Shown: positions 50,583 through 52,535 of the stretch, piece after piece
How the letters are laid out: every line of letters begins with the position of its first letter
Numbering within the stretch: the stretch's first letter is position 1
DNA from: a virus
Taxonomy: Duplodnaviria > Caudoviricetes
Direction: 5' to 3' (one strand)
Length of the DNA stretch: 52,535 nt
Virus record (IMG/VR): IMGVR_UViG_3300047667_000935
Location: 1 to 52,535 of that record
Position numbers and translations under genes: made by a program
Notes under the pieces: model-generated
Seen by the model: the letters and a program-made list of their open reading frames with translations, nothing else
What the model was told of the DNA's origin: nothing
Databases searched by the model: none

Positions 50583-51132
50583 AGAATTTCCTAAACTAGA
50601 ATGGTCTCCTAAATTAGGACAGCAATATCTTTTAGATAACTTGCCAGATCCGTTTAATACTAATTTACCAAAAGTAGATGACATAATGGAAGCTAATAAC
50701 GGCTGGTTTCATATAGGCCCGGGAGGATTACATATGTACTACTGTGGCGCAACTGATCCTAAATTTCAACATTTTAAGCCTATTACAGATAAACTAAGTA
50801 TTATGCCCGAGTATGCGGCATTTATTAAAAGTGAAGCAGGCACAGGGCCTATACATGTTGATATTGAGTCTAGAGTAAGTGCATTAAACTTTCCAGTATA
50901 CGGAGAGTGGGACAACAGCTATACTAAGTTTTGGGATTCAGAAGAAGGAAATTATGAAGTAAGCGAGAGATGGTATCCTAGTACAACCTGCGGCGCCCTG
51001 TTTAGAGCTACAGAATGGCATCAAGTTGTAAACAAAAATTCAGGAGCAAGAATTGTGTTAAGCTTTCACTGGAATGCAAGTTATAGCTTTGAATATCTTT
51101 GTGATAATTTACTTAGGAAAGATTTACTATGA
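50569..51132 (+). CDS. Putative 2OG-Fe(II)/cupin oxygenase
   Basis: IHVD...ALNFPV...WHQVVN...RIVLS. Confidence 0.65.
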   Translation: MIYFKEFPKLEWSPKLGQQYLLDNLPDPFNTNLPKVDDIMEANNGWFHIGPGGLHMYYCGATDPKFQHFKPITDKLSIMPEYAAFIKSEAGTGPIHVDIESRVSALNFPVYGEWDNSYTKFWDSEEGNYEVSERWYPSTTCGALFRATEWHQVVNKNSGARIVLSFHWNASYSFEYLCDNLLRKDLL

Positions 51133-51968
51133 GAATTAAATTAATCACAGATGTGATAGTGCCGTTTAGGCCACCTGAGTTCCACAATGACATAATTAAT
51201 TTTCCTATGGAGCAATATTTTTATTTTGATCAAGATTGGGATATAAACAAGCGATTTGAAGCAATAGACGATTTCTATAGCACGTTTGAATCCTGGGTCA
51301 ACATTACACTACCGGCATGGGAGAAGTATGCTGTAAACGGCAGTACAGAAGCTATAACACAGTGTTTAATAGCGTTATCTCATACAACTAAAAAACTTGC
51401 AATGGTAGAAAACGAATATAGATGGTATCCATTTATTGCAAGCAAGTATGGCATTGATGTGGTATGGGTTAACGACATTAATGACTTAACTAATGACTGT
51501 GTATTTGTAACTAGTGTACCGTTTTGCCGTGATGGCAAAGTACACGATTTACAACAACAATTACTAGACAAATGCCATAAAGAAGGAATTGAATGTTGGC
51601 TAGATTGTGCATACTACGGAGCAAGTAAACCAGTTGAGTTTAAAATTCCTAAAAGTACAACTAATATCTTTTTTAGCTTTTCTAAGAATTTCGGATTAGC
51701 ACTAAATCGACTTGGTCTTTGGTATGCCAAAGATTACATTGCAGACAAGGCTCTGTTAAATGATGTTGCATACTTGCCTATTGGTAATATGGCGTTGGTA
51801 GCAATGCTAATGAAAAAATATCCTAATGATTATCTTTGGAATAATTATAGAGATGTACAATTACAGTGTACAGATTCTCCTACTGATTTAATTTTCATGG
51901 GCAGCAACGGAGAATGCCTTAGTGGTAAGATGACTGCGATTGTAAGGGAAAATTATCAAGGTCTTTAA
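51129..51968 (+). CDS. PLP-dependent enzyme (class I/II aminotransferase-like, short), 279 aa
   Basis: NGSTEAI, LDCAY, SFSKNFGL...RLG with the Schiff-base Lys. Confidence 0.75.
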   Translation: MRIKLITDVIVPFRPPEFHNDIINFPMEQYFYFDQDWDINKRFEAIDDFYSTFESWVNITLPAWEKYAVNGSTEAITQCLIALSHTTKKLAMVENEYRWYPFIASKYGIDVVWVNDINDLTNDCVFVTSVPFCRDGKVHDLQQQLLDKCHKEGIECWLDCAYYGASKPVEFKIPKSTTNIFFSFSKNFGLALNRLGLWYAKDYIADKALLNDVAYLPIGNMALVAMLMKKYPNDYLWNNYRDVQLQCTDSPTDLIFMGSNGECLSGKMTAIVRENYQGL

Positions 51969-52485
51969 ATTTAGTCCATGCTATATTTTGCCAGCAAGTA
52001 CTATTAGGTTTTGGATCGTTACAAACTAAATATCGATCTGTTTCGTATTTCCATGTAGAATCTAAAAAGTTATTAGCATCTTTTGCAAATCTCTTACAGA
52101 ATCGATGTGTATTATATTGCCTACTAATAAATGCAAAATTGAAATGTTCTTTAGCAAATTCTATTTGACTTGCTAACATAGTTAATGTAGTCTCGGGAAT
52201 ACATGGCGATGTGCTTCTTTCTCGCAATAAAGGACTAACCATAAGCCTGTTTAAAACACGACATCCTCCCTGAAACATGTCTCTAGAAATAATAGTACTT
52301 ACTTCAAACGGTTGATTATTTTTGTAAATTATACTAATAAATACCGGCCCGTCTTTAAAAAAGTTTTCTGTAGTATAGTTTTCTGATAATTTGTCATGTT
52401 TCATTTGTAACATTAAGGATTCTACATCATCTTTGATTTGATAGTATTGATCTATATGTACATTTTTAAAGCGATATTCTTTCAT
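51919..52485 (-). CDS. Hypothetical protein, possibly GNAT-fold acyltransferase, 188 aa
   Basis: RVLNRLMVSPLLR resembles GNAT motif A, followed by helix-AKEH-strand; only convincing full-length minus-strand gene. Confidence 0.55.
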   Translation of the reverse strand: MKEYRFKNVHIDQYYQIKDDVESLMLQMKHDKLSENYTTENFFKDGPVFISIIYKNNQPFEVSTIISRDMFQGGCRVLNRLMVSPLLRERSTSPCIPETTLTMLASQIEFAKEHFNFAFISRQYNTHRFCKRFAKDANNFLDSTWKYETDRYLVCNDPKPNSTCWQNIAWTKFKDLDNFPLQSQSSYH

Positions 52486-52535
52486 AGATAGATTTTACTT
52501 GTCTTGGGATATGTTGTAAAATTATGAGCCTTGTC
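52482..52535 (-). CDS. Possible 3' end of an upstream minus-strand gene (partial)
   Basis: Open frame DKAHNFTTYPKTSKIYL* ending in an ATGA overlap with the 52485 start; too short to be certain. Confidence 0.35.
   Translation of the reverse strand, partial: DKAHNFTTYPKTSKIYL

Noticed and set aside
19421-52485. DNA hypermodification cluster (7-deazaguanine or hydroxymethyl-pyrimidine type)
   Set aside because: No FolE, QueC, QueD, DpdA, thymidylate-synthase-like or nucleotide kinase gene recognised; considered less likely but not excluded.
1-52535. Stop-codon recoding as seen in some large phages
   Set aside because: Genes are full-length and tightly packed under the standard code; TAA, TGA (e.g. 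33011-33013) and TAG (28730-28732) all end genes at neighbour junctions.
1-52535. tRNA, rRNA, introns, inteins, transposases
   Set aside because: Intergenic gaps are about 100 bp or less and no such signature was recognised by eye; no covariance search could be run.

Overview
AT-rich, densely coded segment of what is most likely a large (jumbo-type) tailed phage genome. The evidence is tail-collar and chaperone domains, recurrent T4-late-promoter-like ATAAATA motifs and the absence of cellular housekeeping genes. Nearly all genes are on the + strand. Bases 1-19362 are a virion module: a >3790-aa protein truncated by the window edge, a 203-aa protein, three tail-fibre-like paralogues sharing an N-terminal domain, and two Ser/Thr-rich paralogues. 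Bases ~19400-52485 form an uninterrupted ~33-kb block of modifying enzymes: several GT-A-like glycosyltransferases (one with a 300-bp tandem array showing ABB higher-order periodicity), a nucleotide-sugar dehydrogenase, SIS isomerase, NeuA-like cytidylyltransferase, methyltransferase-like, sulfotransferase-like and SGNH proteins, an AsnB-like amidotransferase, seven radical SAM enzymes plus one degenerate copy, two amidinotransferases, an ATP-grasp ligase, four 2OG-Fe(II)/cupin oxygenases, a PLP enzyme and a possible GNAT. The leading hypothesis (inference) is a phage-encoded glycosylation and tailoring system acting on the virion or host surface. Gene remnants show that the block turns over by recombination. 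All product calls come from motifs recognised by eye; no searches were run.
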